64,000 nt of DNA from Octopus vulgaris (GCA_951406725.2 OX597818.1:55180001-55244000), one strand, 5' to 3'. Positions 1 through 12,486 are shown, counted from the stretch's first letter. Numbers and translations are program-made. Notes: generated from the sequence alone by a model not told the origin.

Positions 1-320
1 AAGGTGCATGACTTAGTGGTTAAGGCATTCGGCTCATGATCATAAAGTCGTGAGTTCAATTCCCAGCAATGTGTTGTATCCTTGGGCAAAACACTTTATT
101 TCACGTTGCCCCAGTCCACTCAGCTGGCAAAAATGAGTTGTACTTGTATTTCAAAGGGGTCAGCCTTGTCACACTCCGTGTCACTCTGAATCTCCCTGGG
201 AACTACATTAAGGGTACATGTGTCTGTGGAGTATTCAACCACTTGCATGTTAATTTCACAAGCAAGCTGTTTCATTGACCAGATCAACTAGAGCCCTCGT
301 TGTAACTGACGGAGTGCTCC
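1..320 (+). mobile_element. tRNA-derived SINE (family C)
   Basis: A-box tgacttagtggtt and B-box gagttcaattcc. Body (cttgggcaaaacactttatttcacgttgccccagtccactcagctggcaaaaatgagt) is shared with copies at 7522, 26893 and 35836. Confidence 0.8.
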
Positions 321-385
321 TAGTGGTAGATATGGTCATGGTGGTGGTAGAAGCAGTGGTATTGGGAGGGGTCAATTATACAATA

Positions 386-546
386 GGCTCAGATTTGGCT
401 GTGTGGTAAGAAGCTTGCTTCCCAGCCCCATGGCTCCAGGTTCAGTCCCACTTCATGGCACCTTGCACAAGTGTCTTATACTATAGACGCAAGGTAACCA
501 AAGCTTTGTGGGTGGAATTGGTAAATGGAAACTGAAAGAAACTTGT

Positions 547-603
<57 letters not shown>

Positions 604-800
604 ATCTGTATCCCCCTCATCTCTGCTTGACAACCAGTGTTGATGTGTTTATGTCCCTGTAACTTAGCAGTTCAGCAAAAGTGACTGATAGAATAAGTAG
701 TAGAAGAAAAGTTCCCTGGGGTCAATTTGACAAAAGGAACCCTTCAAGGTGAAGCCCCAGCATGGCTGCAGTCAGATGACTGAAACAAGTAAAAGATAAA
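386..800 (+). mobile_element. tRNA-derived SINE family A (~400 bp, internal (TA)n/(TG)n), diverged copy
   Basis: Head tggctgtgtggtaagaagcttgc...ggttcagtcccac and tail cagcatggctgcagtcagatgactgaaacaagtaaaag. More than 25 related copies occur in the window. Confidence 0.8.
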
Positions 801-997
801 AGATTTCTGATATAGGTAGAAGGCCTGAAATTTTGTGGGAAAGGGGTAAGTTGATTGCATTGACCCCAGTGTGCTACTGGTACTATTTCATTAACCTCGA
901 AATGATTAAAGTTGACTTTGATGGAATTTGAACCCAGAATGTTAATATGAGCAAAATGCCGCCAAGCAATTTGTCCAGTGCTGTAGTGATTCTGGTA

Positions 998-1790
998 GCT
1001 CACCACATTGATGATAATATATTTTTTTTACTTACCAGGGCCTATCCCCCATAGAAGGGGGTAGCCACAACAAAACACACACCATTCATTTCCCAACTCA
1101 AAGAAGCAATCCTCACCCTATGCTTGGGTCAAGGCGTAGAACGCAACTCCTGGGTTGACTCTAAACTATATCTGGTAGTGGAAGAAAAAGGCGGTGAGCT
1201 GGCAGAATCGTTAGCATGCCAGGTGAAATGCGTAGCCGTATTTCGTCTGTCGTTACGTTCTGAGTTCAAATTCCGCCGAGGTCGACTTTGCCTTTCATCC
1301 TCTCGGGGTCGATAAATAAAGTACCAGTTTCGCACTGGGTCAATGTAATCGACTTAATCCCTTTGTCTGTCCTTGTTTGTCCCCTCTATGTTTAGCCCCT
1401 TGTGGGTAGTAAAGAAATATATATCTGGTAGTGGGACCCTTGTTCCTTGGATTTGCAGGACCTTGGTTTTCAGGGTTCTGCAAATCGTCACATTGATGAT
1501 ACTAATTTATTGTTTACCAAGGCCTATTCCCCATAGGTGGGGGTAGCCACAACAAGACACACACACCAGGCATGCCATTCATTTCCCAGCTCAAAGAGTT
1601 GAGCGACCCTTGGGCTGACTCTAAACCACATCCAATAGTGGGACCCTGAGGCCCTGGTTTCAGGGTTCAGCCAGCTCACCACATTAATAAAATTTTTTTT
1701 TTCACCAAGGCCTATTCCATTCTTTGCTCAGATCAAGGCATACATAGAAAGCAACCCCCAAGTTGACTCTAAACTGCAGCTGGTTGTGCC
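998..1790. repeat. Degenerate local triplication of a ~200-250 bp unit
   Basis: Blocks cacattgatgata...ttaccaaggcctatt, ccattcatttccca.ctcaaaga and ttgactctaaac recur, with units starting at about 1000, 1488 and 1675. Confidence 0.7.
1182..1419 (+). mobile_element. SINE family B, full copy with 15-bp TSD
   Basis: Head ggcggtgagctggcagaatcgttagc, B-box gagttcaaattcc, core gtcgactttgcctttcatcc...gtcgataaa..aagtaccag. TSD tatatctggtagtgg at 1167-1181 and 1420-1434. Confidence 0.9.
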
Positions 1791-2230
1791 CCAGCCTGGT
1801 CGCAGCCAAATTACTGAAACAAATGAAAAGAAAATAGACAGAAAACAAGGAGAGCAGCTATTTGTGTTGGATGGAGGAGACTGGCACAACAACCTAACCT
1901 AACGTTCAAGCACTTTATTTTATCGAGAAGAAAACCTTCCTAAGTTCGTATTCTGTCAAACTAACTGATCCCGACCAAAAAGAGGGATGAAATATGAAAA
2001 GCGAAAAGTCAACCTTGGCCCCTTAACAACCGGGAGAGGATTTCAACAGAGGAACATGTTTATAAGAAAGGACACACATAGTTAAACACTGCAAAAAAAC
2101 CCCCCAAAAAACTATCATTAAACTAGCAGAACTTCACCCTTAACCCCCCCTCCCCCGGCACCCCTATACCCACTCCCTCCGACACCCCACCACAGGCAGT
2201 CAGGGACTTAATGGCTTCTGGCACTCCACC

Positions 2231-2272
<42 letters not shown>

Positions 2273-2337
2273 CAGCAGCAGTAGTAGGAGTAATGATGAT
2301 GATAATAATAATGATGATAATAATAATAATAATAATG

Positions 2338-2371
<34 letters not shown>

Positions 2372-2385
2372 TAATAATAATAATA

Positions 2386-2424
<39 letters not shown>

Positions 2425-2425
2425 G

Positions 2426-2491
<66 letters not shown>

Positions 2492-2514
2492 TGATGATAA
2501 TAATAATAATGATG

Positions 2515-2560
<46 letters not shown>

Positions 2561-2571
2561 TGATAATAATA

Positions 2572-2626
<55 letters not shown>

Positions 2627-2628
2627 TG

Positions 2629-2667
<39 letters not shown>

Positions 2668-2668
2668 G
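2231..2668. repeat. Compound (TAG)n/(AAT)n trinucleotide microsatellite
   Basis: Directly visible; source of the poly-L/I/Y/N ORFs. Confidence 0.97.
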
Positions 2669-2914
2669 CAGTACCAACAATGATAATCAAGTGAACAGCA
2701 GTACAAGTCTGGAACAAGAAAACCTGCTGGGTACTGTCCTTTCTCTCTGTTTCTTTCTCTTTCCCTCTCTTTCCCCCTCTTTCTCTCCCCCAACCGTCCT
2801 CACACCCCTCCCCCTCACCTACACCCACCACCTCATAACAGATAAGTGTTGTCTTGCTGCCCCAGTTTTCAACTCACCTACTTTAAAAATGTCTCTTTTT
2901 TTTTCTACGATTTC

Positions 2915-2946
2915 ACTATCTATCTGTCTATCTATCTGTCTGTCTA

Positions 2947-2980
<34 letters not shown>

Positions 2981-2993
2981 CGTCTTTCTATCC

Positions 2994-3080
<87 letters not shown>

Positions 3081-3098
3081 CCTATCTATCTATCTATC

Positions 3099-3157
<59 letters not shown>

Positions 3158-3174
3158 CTGTCTATATCTATCTA

Positions 3175-3206
<32 letters not shown>

Positions 3207-3243
3207 TCTATCTATCATCCATCTATCTATCTCCATCCATCCA

Positions 3244-3288
<45 letters not shown>

Positions 3289-3293
3289 GTCTG

Positions 3294-3338
<45 letters not shown>

Positions 3339-3372
3339 GACTATCCATCTACATATCTGTCTGTCTGTCTGC
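2915..3372. repeat. (TATC)n/(TGTC)n tetranucleotide microsatellite
   Basis: Directly visible. Confidence 0.97.
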
Positions 3373-3979
3373 CTATCTCCTTCTTTCTCTTCCCTCCCTT
3401 TCTCTCTCTTGTTCTCTTCCTCTAAGTTGTCTGTTTTGTTTAATTTTCTTTTTTCATGATAGATTTTTCCTTTCTTTTCTTCTTTCTATATTTCCCTGTC
3501 TTTCATACATTTTTTGTCATTTCGTTGTTTGTGTTTGTCTTTTATAACTTTTTTTTTGTTATATACAAATGTGCATACATGTATGTATGCGTATGTACAT
3601 GTAGCACATGCATGACAGCGAATATGTATGCATATAAGTATACGTAACATTGTAGCACAGGCGTGTCTGTGTGGTAACAAGCTTGCCTTGCAACTACATG
3701 GTTCCGGGTTCAGTCCCACTGCATGGCACCTTGGGCAAGTGTCTTCTACGATGACCTAGAGGCGATCAAAGCTTTGTGAGTAGATTTGGTAGACGGAAAC
3801 TGAAAGAAGCCCGTCATATATATTCCCAACAGCTTTTGGATGACACTACGAAAATTAAAAAAAACTTTATCATTAAAGATGTGAAATTTTTGGACAGTAA
3901 GTGATGAGGAAAGAGCATGTTGATGTTTTCTGTGCAGTTTATGCTCCATGTTCCTTTTTCACTTTTCAAGTGAAAAAGT

Positions 3980-4015
3980 CTTTAACATTTCGAGCCTATA
4001 CTCTTCAACAGAAAG
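3980..4015 (-). ncRNA. Degenerate minimal hammerhead ribozyme in a Penelope-type repeat
   Basis: Minus strand reads cttt-CTGTTGA-a-gag-tatagg-ctc-GAAA-tg-TT-aaag. Core is mutated; same family as 50526 and 56074. Confidence 0.55.
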
Positions 4016-4033
4016 GAACATAGAAAGAAACAT

Positions 4034-4378
4034 TGAGAGACCCCCCCCCTTCAATCATGACTGACCATGGGATTGCACCTAGAAAGTTACCCTCCAAGGC
4101 ACAAGTCCGGGCAAGGTTGCTTATGGAAGACCAGCAGTCGCCCATGCATACCGGCTTCCCCTCTCCATGCCACCAGTGTTATCCAAGGGAAAGGCAAACG
4201 GGCCGATACAGCTTGGAACCTGGGACGTCGCAACTCATTTCTACAGCTGAGTGAACTGGAGCAACGTGGAATAAAGTGCTTTGCTCAAGAACACAACACG
4301 CAGCCCGGTCAGGGATTCGAATTCACAACCTCCCAATCGTAAGCTTGACGCTCTAACCACTGAGCCATGCGCCTTCAC
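4034..4378 (-). mobile_element. tRNA-derived SINE (family C variant) inserted into the hammerhead-bearing repeat
   Basis: Minus-strand head gtgaaggcgcatggctcagtggttagagcg...gaattcgaatccc; flanked by aagaaaca on both sides. Confidence 0.8.
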
Positions 4379-4787
4379 AAGAAACAAGGAGAGAAAATAA
4401 ACAGTGTGTAGTGGCTAACAATCTGTCATGGCGAATGCCGGACAGGAGAGGTAGGGAGAAGGGGAGATAATAAAGTAGTGGTGATCCCAAAACGAAGGTA
4501 CCTGTGCATGTATATAAGAGAGTTCCTATGTGCGTGTGGAAGAGAGTTGGCGATCTTCACATGTGCATGTGTGTAAGTGTAGGTGTGAAAATGTGGGTCT
4601 GGGAAGTGGTTAGTGCTCGTGTGTGTGTGGTGGCGTGTTGTGACGTTATGTGTTGTACGGTATGATAGTGTAAGGTGTAGTGGTGGTATATACACTTTTA
4701 CTTGCTTCAGTCATTTGACTGCGGCCATGCTGGAGCACCTATGTATATGGGCATATGTGTATTTGTCTATATCCATATGTATGTATA

Positions 4788-4988
4788 CTCTTTTACTTGT
4801 TTCAGTCATTTGACTGCGGCCGTGCTGGAGCACCGCCTTTAGTCGAGCAACTCGACCCCGGGACTTATTCTTTGTAAGCCTAGTACTTATTCTATCAGTC
4901 TCTTTTTGCCGAACCACTAAGTGACGGGAGATAAACACACCAGCATCGGTTGTCAAGCAATGCTAGGGGGACAAACACAGACACACAA

Positions 4989-5057
<69 letters not shown>

Positions 5058-5224
5058 TACGACAGGCTTCTTTCAGTTTCCGTCTACCAAATCCACTCAC
5101 AAGGCACTGGTCGGCCTGGGGCTATATCAGAAGACACTTACCCAAGATGCCACGCAGTGGGACTGAACCCGGAACCATGTGGTTGGTTAGCAAGCTACTT
5201 ACCACACGGCCACTCCTGCGCCTA
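4788..5224 (-). mobile_element. SINE family A, full length
   Basis: Complete head, internal TA microsatellite and tail matching the other copies. Confidence 0.9.
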
Positions 5225-5589
5225 TGTATATATAAGTTTGATAATACAAATAGGAGAATAGCATATAAAGCATGAGTGTGTGTGTGTGTGGTACAAAAAT
5301 AAAACAAAAACAAAGTAAAAAATAAACAGACAAACAAGTAAACAGGGTACATTAGATTGATGCTCAAGATGAAGTCTCTAATTTTTTGGGGTCTTTGCTC
5401 TTCTGTGATCTGCATTAAAGCAAAAAAATTTAATAAAGTTTACTGAATTTGGATATCAGGAGAAAATGTTTCTGAGATTTTAAGCGAAACGCTTCCTTTG
5501 GGAGAGGGAACAGTTTCTGTGGTGAAGGACTTTGAAACATCACAATTCTCTCCTCTAATGGTATACAAACCGCACTTTATATGATCAAA

Positions 5590-5630
5590 TGCATGTGCAT
5601 ATATATATTCACACACACATGTATATATAA

Positions 5631-5674
<44 letters not shown>

Positions 5675-6003
5675 ATATATATGTATGTATATATATATAT
5701 GTATATATATATATATGTATGTTTGTATATTATATATGTATGTATATTATATGTATGTATGTATATTATATGTATGTATGTATATTATATATGTATGTAT
5801 GTATATTATATATGTATGTATGTATATTATATATGTATGTATGTATATTATATGTATGTATGTTATATATGTATGTATATTATATATATATATATATATA
5901 TGTATGTATATTATATATATATATGTATGTATATTATATATATATATGTATGTATATTGTATATATATATGTATGTATATTGTATATATATATGTATGTA
6001 TAT

Positions 6004-6047
<44 letters not shown>

Positions 6048-6069
6048 ATATATATATATGTATGTATAT

Positions 6070-6100
<31 letters not shown>
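5590..6100. repeat. (TA)n/(TATG)n compound microsatellite
   Basis: Directly visible. Confidence 0.95.
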
Positions 6101-6432
6101 CACATACATATGTAGATGTGCTGTCTCATGGCATTACCTGAATGAAGTGTGAGGTAATTCTCAAGGGAGAGCAAGATGATAATGGAAGTGTATAGGACTT
6201 CAGGGAGAAGTTGATGGTTGCTGCGAACCCTGTGATGATAAGGGGAAAGTCTATCTTATGCTCTATTACGAATAACAAAGATGGCATTTTTTTTTTTCAC
6301 TTCTCTCTTACAATACGAAGCAGGGTTTACTATCTAAACCTCATGGGTACATTTTATTTTTAATGTTTGCCAGTGGCATCTAATGTCTCCTGCACCATCT
6401 GGCCACAGCTATATATATATATATATACCTTT

Positions 6433-6486
6433 TATTGGGTTGTCCGGAAAGTTTGTGCCGATTTATAGTAGCTTACCTTTCGACTT
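6433..6486 (+). mobile_element. Isolated mariner 5' end (TA + TIR)
   Basis: TA-ttgggttgtccggaaagtttgtgccgatttatagtagcttacctttcgactt, near-identical to 7063-7116. Confidence 0.75.
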
Positions 6487-6606
6487 CTGCTGTAGCCCCG
6501 GGCCGACCAAACCCTTGTGTGTGGGTCTGGTAGATGGAAATGGCTGGATGGACCAATAGGTAGATAGAAAAAACAGGCAGACAGATAGAGAGACAAGCAT
6601 ATAGAC

Positions 6607-6643
<37 letters not shown>

Positions 6644-7062
6644 TGGATAAATAGACAGTCAGATAGACAAGCAGATAGATAGTTAGATAGACAGACAGAG
6701 AGACAGACATACATAGACAAACAGATAGATAATAGACAAACAGACAGAGAGATAGATAGACAAATAGACAGATAGATAGTGTGTCTTTATGTCTGTGTTT
6801 GTCCCCTACCACCGTTTGACAACCGGTGTTGGTATAGTTACGTCCCCATAACGGCAATTCGGCGAAAGTGAACAATAGAATAACTACTGGGGTCGGGTCA
6901 TTCAATTAACAAAAAAATCCTTCCCGATGTTGCCCCAGCATGGCCGCAACCCAATTACTGAAATAGGTGGAAGATAAAAACCACAAAGGTAATTAAACAC
7001 GGCAAGACATTTTGGAAAGTCTTTGAACGGAAGTTTGTTTGACGCGCCGGTGTTGGGATAAA

Positions 7063-7378
7063 TATTGGGTTGTCCGGAAAGTTCGTGCCGATTTATAGTA
7101 GCTTACCTTTCGACTTATTTTAGAACATGGTTGAGTCCATAAAATAGGATTTCACTACACCTCCATTTAGAGCACAGTCTAAGCTATCTTTTCGCGGAAG
7201 AAGGTTTATGTTCCTATAACCTGTGTTAATTCTGTAACCCTTTAAAATGGAAGATAAGAAAGTTCATTTTCGACACTTGATGCTTTCGGAACCAGACAAA
7301 AATTGCTGCAGCTCGGCTGGGATGTATTACCCCACCCTCCATATTCACCAGATATTGCTCCTTCGGATATCCACTTAT
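7063..7378 (+). mobile_element. Internally deleted mariner (Tc1/mariner) transposon
   Basis: TA + TIR, then ATG at 7247 (MEDKKVHFRHLML) fused out of frame to TRQKLLQLGWDVLPHPPYSPDIAPSD (7291-7368), the mariner YSPDLAPSD catalytic-region motif. Confidence 0.9.
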
Positions 7379-7778
7379 TGCTCCAGTCCACTCAGCTGGC
7401 AAAAATGAGTAATGCTGCGATTGACTGGCGTCCCGTCCAGCTGGGGAGGACACATACGCCATAGAAACCGGGAAACCAGGCCCATGGGCTCGGCTAGGCT
7501 ATAAAAGGGTGCATTTATAACATGAAGACATGTGGCTTAGTGGTTAGGGTGTCAGCATCATGATGGTAAGATTGTGGTTTCGATTCCTGGACCGGGCGAC
7601 GCATTGTGTTCTTGAGCAAAACACTTAATTTCACGTTGCTCCAGTCCACTCAGCTGGCAAAAATGAGTAACGCTGTGATGGACTGGTGTCCCGTACAGCT
7701 GGGGGGAACACATACGCCATAGAAACCGGGAAACCGGGCCCATGAGCCTGGCTAGGCTTTAAAAGGGCACATTTATTT
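7378..7778 (+). mobile_element. Tandem family C SINEs (3' half plus a full copy from 7522)
   Basis: Duplicated ttgctccagtccactcagctggcaaaaatgagtaa...ggctaggct.taaaaggg; tRNA-like head at 7522-7590. Confidence 0.85.
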
Positions 7779-7806
7779 TTATTATTCTCTCATTTCTCTA
7801 TTTCAG

Positions 7807-7966
7807 ATGACGTATGGTGACAGCAGTGCTTCTCTGAAACCAAACTGTGCCCATGATCTGTCCTTGTTGAACCTGTCAGAAGCTTGTGATGATACACCCC
7901 TTCAACCTCATCTGGGTACTATTCAGAAAGTACCATCCATCTCGGACCTCTCTGAAGACAGTCAAG
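7807..7966 (+). CDS. ETS1: Coding exon of an ETS1/2 (pointed-P2-like) transcription factor, N-terminal region upstream of the PNT domain
   Basis: Strong acceptor (ttattctctcatttctctatttcag|ATG) and donor CAAG|gtacat. The 160-nt exon is non-repetitive and encodes MTYGDSSASLKPNCAHDLSLLNLSEACDDTPLQPHLGTIQKVPSISDLSEDSQ+G (phase 1 end). IQKVPSISDLSE matches the motif I recall just before the VPPLTPGT MAPK site in invertebrate ETS1/2/pointed proteins. Identity rests on motif recall, not a search. Confidence 0.72.
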
Positions 7967-8244
7967 GTACATGTCACACCCTTTATTTTCATTTTCTATG
8001 TTTCTAATCTTTCCGGCCTTGCTTGTGTTTCTTCCCCTCCATCACACCCGTGTCATGTTTTGCTCATTGTAGTTTAGTCATGGATAAGCCTGGTTGAGCA
8101 GAATCAGAATCATAGATATTCCAACCACGACCAGCTCCTCTTCTTTTTTCCATGTATACTGTTGCAGGGGTGGCTGTGTGGTTAAGAAGTACGTTCCTCA
8201 ACCATGTATGTTTTTTTTTTTTCAGGGTCTCATCATCATCTTCA

Positions 8245-8395
8245 TTATTTAATAACTGCTTTCCATGCTGGCATGGGTTGTATGGTTTGATTGGAGTCTG
8301 ACAAGCCAGGAGGCCACACCAGGCTCCAATCTGATCTGGCAATGTTTCTGCAGCTGGATGCCCATCCTAATGCCAACCACTCCGAGAGTGTAGTG
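8245..8395 (-). mobile_element. SINE/RTE-tail-type repeat fragment
   Basis: gctggatgcccatcctaatgccaacc motif recalled from invertebrate RTE-associated SINEs; single copy here. Confidence 0.45.
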
Positions 8396-10951
8396 GTTCG
8401 GCAAAAAAGACCGATAGAATAAGTACAAGGCTTACAAAGAATAAATCCTAGGGTCAATTTGTTTGGTGCTCCAGCATGGCCACAGTCATTTGACTGAAAC
8501 AAATAAAAGAATAGAAAAGAATCTAGGATCGCGTTTATATTGGCAGAGAGAAAATATAAAGATAGAAATGGAATGGATGAGTGGTGGAGTGAGTTGGAAG
8601 TGAGATGGTGTTAAGTGAGATGAAGAGAAATGTACAGGGATAGGTAGCTAGATGATAGATATGTAGATAGATTGAGAGAGACTGAGAAATTACTAGACAG
8701 GTAGATAGGCTAATAGATGGATTCATGGAGAGATAGATACAGATAGATAGATAGATTGATAGATAGATAGACAGATAGATAGACAGATATATAATTGGTG
8801 CCATAACCTCTAGAGAGAGCGAGAGAGATAGACAAATGACAGATAGATAGATAGATAAGATATAGATGGATAGGTAGACAGATTGATAGATAGATAGACA
8901 GACAGCTCTCTTTATTGGCCACACAGGGCTGAACACAGAAGGGACAAAATTACAAAGTAGAGCTTTTCTTTTGGGGGAGAAGAGAAGGAAAAAAAGGGTC
9001 GAGTTCCGATCAAAAGGGATCGTGAAAAGAAAAAAAGTGGGGCCGATCAATAGGGGTCGTGTATCACAGAAATGTCAATGTAAAAAGGGAAAACAGATTA
9101 GGTTTATCCGTGGATAGAAAAGCCCAGGGAAAAGACCACGGGAACCTTGGGCAATAGTGTCATACAAAAAGAAAACACATTACAGTAAGTGGCTTTCTTT
9201 TTTCCTTTCGTTTTTTTGTAGATAGACAGACAGACAGACAGATAGATAGATAGATAGGTATGTATGTATGTAAGTAGATATGATATGTAGGTTAATATCT
9301 GAAATTCAAAGAAGCATAAGATATATATAGACAGTTAGAGACATAGCTAGATATATAGACAGATATATATATATAGCCATGTATAAAGGCAACAGATATA
9401 TATAGATAGATACATAGATTAACAAAAAAAACACACATACAAACGAAAAGAGGGAACTAAAAGGTGAAAATAAGAACAACAAGCACTTAAGGTGGAGTAG
9501 ACAAGAAAAAAAGATTAAAGGGAAAAAGGACAGCAACAATAATCAAAGGCAAAAACCACAGTGACACTTGGAAGAGAGAGTAGAGGATGGGTGAGTTGGC
9601 TTGTGGAGTTAATTAACTGTGGTGCACGTATGTGGTTGATCTCCTTACAACTTGAAGTGGTCAAGTACTGTGCTTGCCCCTTAAAGAACACAGTAATCTA
9701 GAGTCCATTGTCCACCACTGTCCACCTGGAGACAAAAGACGGCGGGGTGGTGGGGCGGGGGTGAAGTTTATTTATAGTCTTTAAACACCATTTACAGGGC
9801 AACATGTCATCTTTTATATAAATAAGTTTCACATCTTTACCACAAACCACCACCACCACCACCACCAGCCACTATTGCCACTACTACTGCGGCTGCTGCT
9901 GCTACCACGACCATCATCATCTTGACCTGTACAGCTATGAAGATGGACGTGATTAGAAAGTTGGAGGTGGTGGTGTAAATCTCTACTCCTCCCTCTACCC
10001 TTGTTGCCAGATAGAGACAAAGAGGTGGGGGAGAGGAGGTGAGAATAGGGATGGGAAAGCAGGGGAGGGGGTGAAATATAAAAAAAGAGAGGGGGAGAGA
10101 GAGGAAGGGACATGATCTTTTCGTTCTCACCACCACCACCGTCGCCATCAACACCACGTATTCTGTAGTGGTGGTGGTGGTGGTCGTCGTGGAAGGAGAG
10201 ACAGTGTATCTCAGTGTCTCTTCTGCTTCCTATCACCGTCACCACCAGCATCATTACGATGTCCATATTTTATAGATCGGTGGCGGAGATGATGACCAGA
10301 GAATGTGTGTGTGAGAGAGAGAGAGATGGAGCGGGGACTATCTTCTTCTTCTTATATGCGTCACCACCTTTGTTTCTACGCCATTAAAACCTGTTGTCTC
10401 CCAAACAAAAACAAAAAAGGGACAAGCATCTTAAAGACAAAAAAGAAAGGAATTGTTTTTAATTTTAGTGGCGAAAGACAAAGAGATAGTGGCGGTGGGA
10501 GGAGTCGTAATGATGGTGGTGGTGGTGGTGGCGGTGGTGGTGGTGGAGGCGGTGGTGGTGGTGGTAGTGGTGGTGGTGGTGATCGCACTGGTGAACGTGA
10601 TGGTGGTGGTGGTGGTGGTGGTGATGCGGGGGGGGGCATTTCCTCCCCAGACAGATTAATTCTAGTTAGTACTACTTACCTCCCTTCCACCTTCATTTGC
10701 ATAGCTTCCACCAAGTCAAATTTAGTCCAGAGATCATCGCGCGTTTTGACCTCTCGTCCCCGCCCTCGCTCGCTCTCTCTCTCCCCCTCTCTCTCTCTCT
10801 CTCTCTCTCTTGTCCACGCTTTGTGTTTCTCCCTAAATAACAGCAGTGTTTCTGTCTAGGTATGGATAATGTATGTGTGACTGTTACGTGTGTGTGTTTA
10901 TGTCAGGTGAACAGCGCCATCTTGAGCAGCTTTGTAGGCCCATCAGGCGGC

Positions 10952-11207
10952 GAAATTTTTTTTCCCACGAGAGTTCCGGACCCTAGGAACGAATTCATTT
11001 GCATGCAGCTAGATCAGAGTACTTGTAGTGATAGTGAAATTTATTTTTCGATAGCGACAAAAAGGTTGCTGTCTGCCAAGGAAAGAATAAGGAATGCACG
11101 GTACTGACTAGAAAGGAAGAAAGGATAAAGGTGGCTCTGCTCTGATTGGCTGTATGGAAATGAGCTTATTATTACTGGGGTCCGGAACTCTCGTGGGAAA
11201 AAATTTC
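10952..11207. repeat. Inverted repeat with mirrored Su(H)/CSL and ETS-like motifs
   Basis: 26-bp perfect core ttttttcccacgagagttccggaccc (10958-10983) versus gggtccggaactctcgtgggaaaaaa (11178-11203). Imperfect pairing extends inward (tcatttgcatgcagctagatcagag / ctctgattggctgtatggaaatga). Confidence 0.85.
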
Positions 11208-11847
11208 TCCCTCCCCGGGCAAATCAAATGCATAGGGCCCTATAGTGTTTATTTATTGACAGCGGACCACAGCATAATATTATAGATAAGAATGTGATAG
11301 GGCGTGACATAGTGGTTAGGGTATTCAACTCGATATCATAACGTCTTGAGTTCAATTCCTGGCGGCGCGTTGACACTTTATTTCACGTTGCACCATTCCA
11401 CTCAGCTGACTACAATGAGCTGTACTTATATTAGTAGTTGTGGTGGCCACGGCGGTGGTGGTTGTAGTAGTAGTAGTGCTGGTGGTGGTGGTGGTTGTAG
11501 TTGTAGCAGTAGTAGTAGTAGTAGTGCTGGTGGTGGTGGCGTCTACTAGTAGAAGCTGTGGTGATAGTTGTAATAGTAATAAGTATTTATTGGTGGTGAT
11601 GGTGTTCTAGCCTGCACTCTCCCACCTCGACTCAGCCACTTCTCCCTCTCCATCACCTTCTCCCCCACCACCCGCTTCTCTTCACCCCTACATCCCACCC
11701 CCACCCATCCACCCACTCTAGCGGCAAAGTTTTGTTAGCATAAAAGGAAGTTTGTCTTAACTTTGATCTCTGTTTATTTACTTGTGTCTGTTGTGTGTGC
11801 GTGTGTGTGTGCTTGTGTGCGTGAGTGTGTGTGTGCGTGTGTGTGAG

Positions 11848-12062
11848 TGTATTGTCGAACGTGTATGTATGTATGTGTGTGTGTGAGCGTGTATTGTCAA
11901 ACGTGTGCGTGTGTGTATTGTCGAACGTGTATGTATGTGTGTGTGTGTGTGTGCATGTATTGTCGGATGTGTGTGTGTGTGTATTGTCGAAGGTGTGTAT
12001 TTGTGTGTGTATTGTCGAAGGTGTGTAATTGTGTATATGTGTGTGTGTATTGTCGAATGTGT
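11848..12062. repeat. Minisatellite: gtattgtcga core separated by variable (TG)n
   Basis: About 8 recurrences of a gtattgtc-based core (mostly gtattgtcga). Confidence 0.85.
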
Positions 12063-12333
12063 GTATTTTCAGTGTATGTGTGTGTGTGTGTATGCACGTA
12101 GGTATAAGTGCATCTGTGTGTGAGTACCGCTGTACATGTATTTGTGTATATATATATATATATATATATATAGTTGCGCGTTTATATACATGTGTGTGTC
12201 TAGCTAGGTCTGTGTACAGTTATGTGTGTGTGTGTGTGTATATATATTCATGTATCAGTGCGTGCATGTCTTCTGTGTGTATGTGTGTGTACATATGTAT
12301 GTATGTATGAATGTATGTGTGTATGCCTTAGTC

Positions 12334-12423
12334 CAGCGTATTTCAAACGTTTTTATCGCGACCCATTTTATTCCATCTCGCGACCCACTGAAGGGTCGGG
12401 CCCCCACAGTCTGGAAAACGCTG
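12334..12423. mobile_element. 90-bp hAT-type MITE
   Basis: Ends cagcgtatttcaaac / gtctggaaaacgctg; 8-bp TSD ccttagtc / cctcagtc. Confidence 0.75.
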
Positions 12424-12429
12424 CCTCAG

Positions 12430-12486
<57 letters not shown>

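Noticed and set aside
1-80. tRNA genes at SINE heads (also 7522, 27897, 35300)
   Set aside because: A/B boxes are present, but they continue into SINE bodies and I could not build full cloverleaves.
2123-6174. Long ORFs with poly-L/I/Y/N or YIYI/LSIY repeats (also throughout the window)
   Set aside because: Translations of microsatellites that lack stop codons; no protein signal.
10305-10859. Gly-rich/Pro-rich ORFs
   Set aside because: Produced by a (GGT)n microsatellite.
11848-12062. Short conserved repeat with variable spacers
   Set aside because: The spacers are just (TG)n slippage products.
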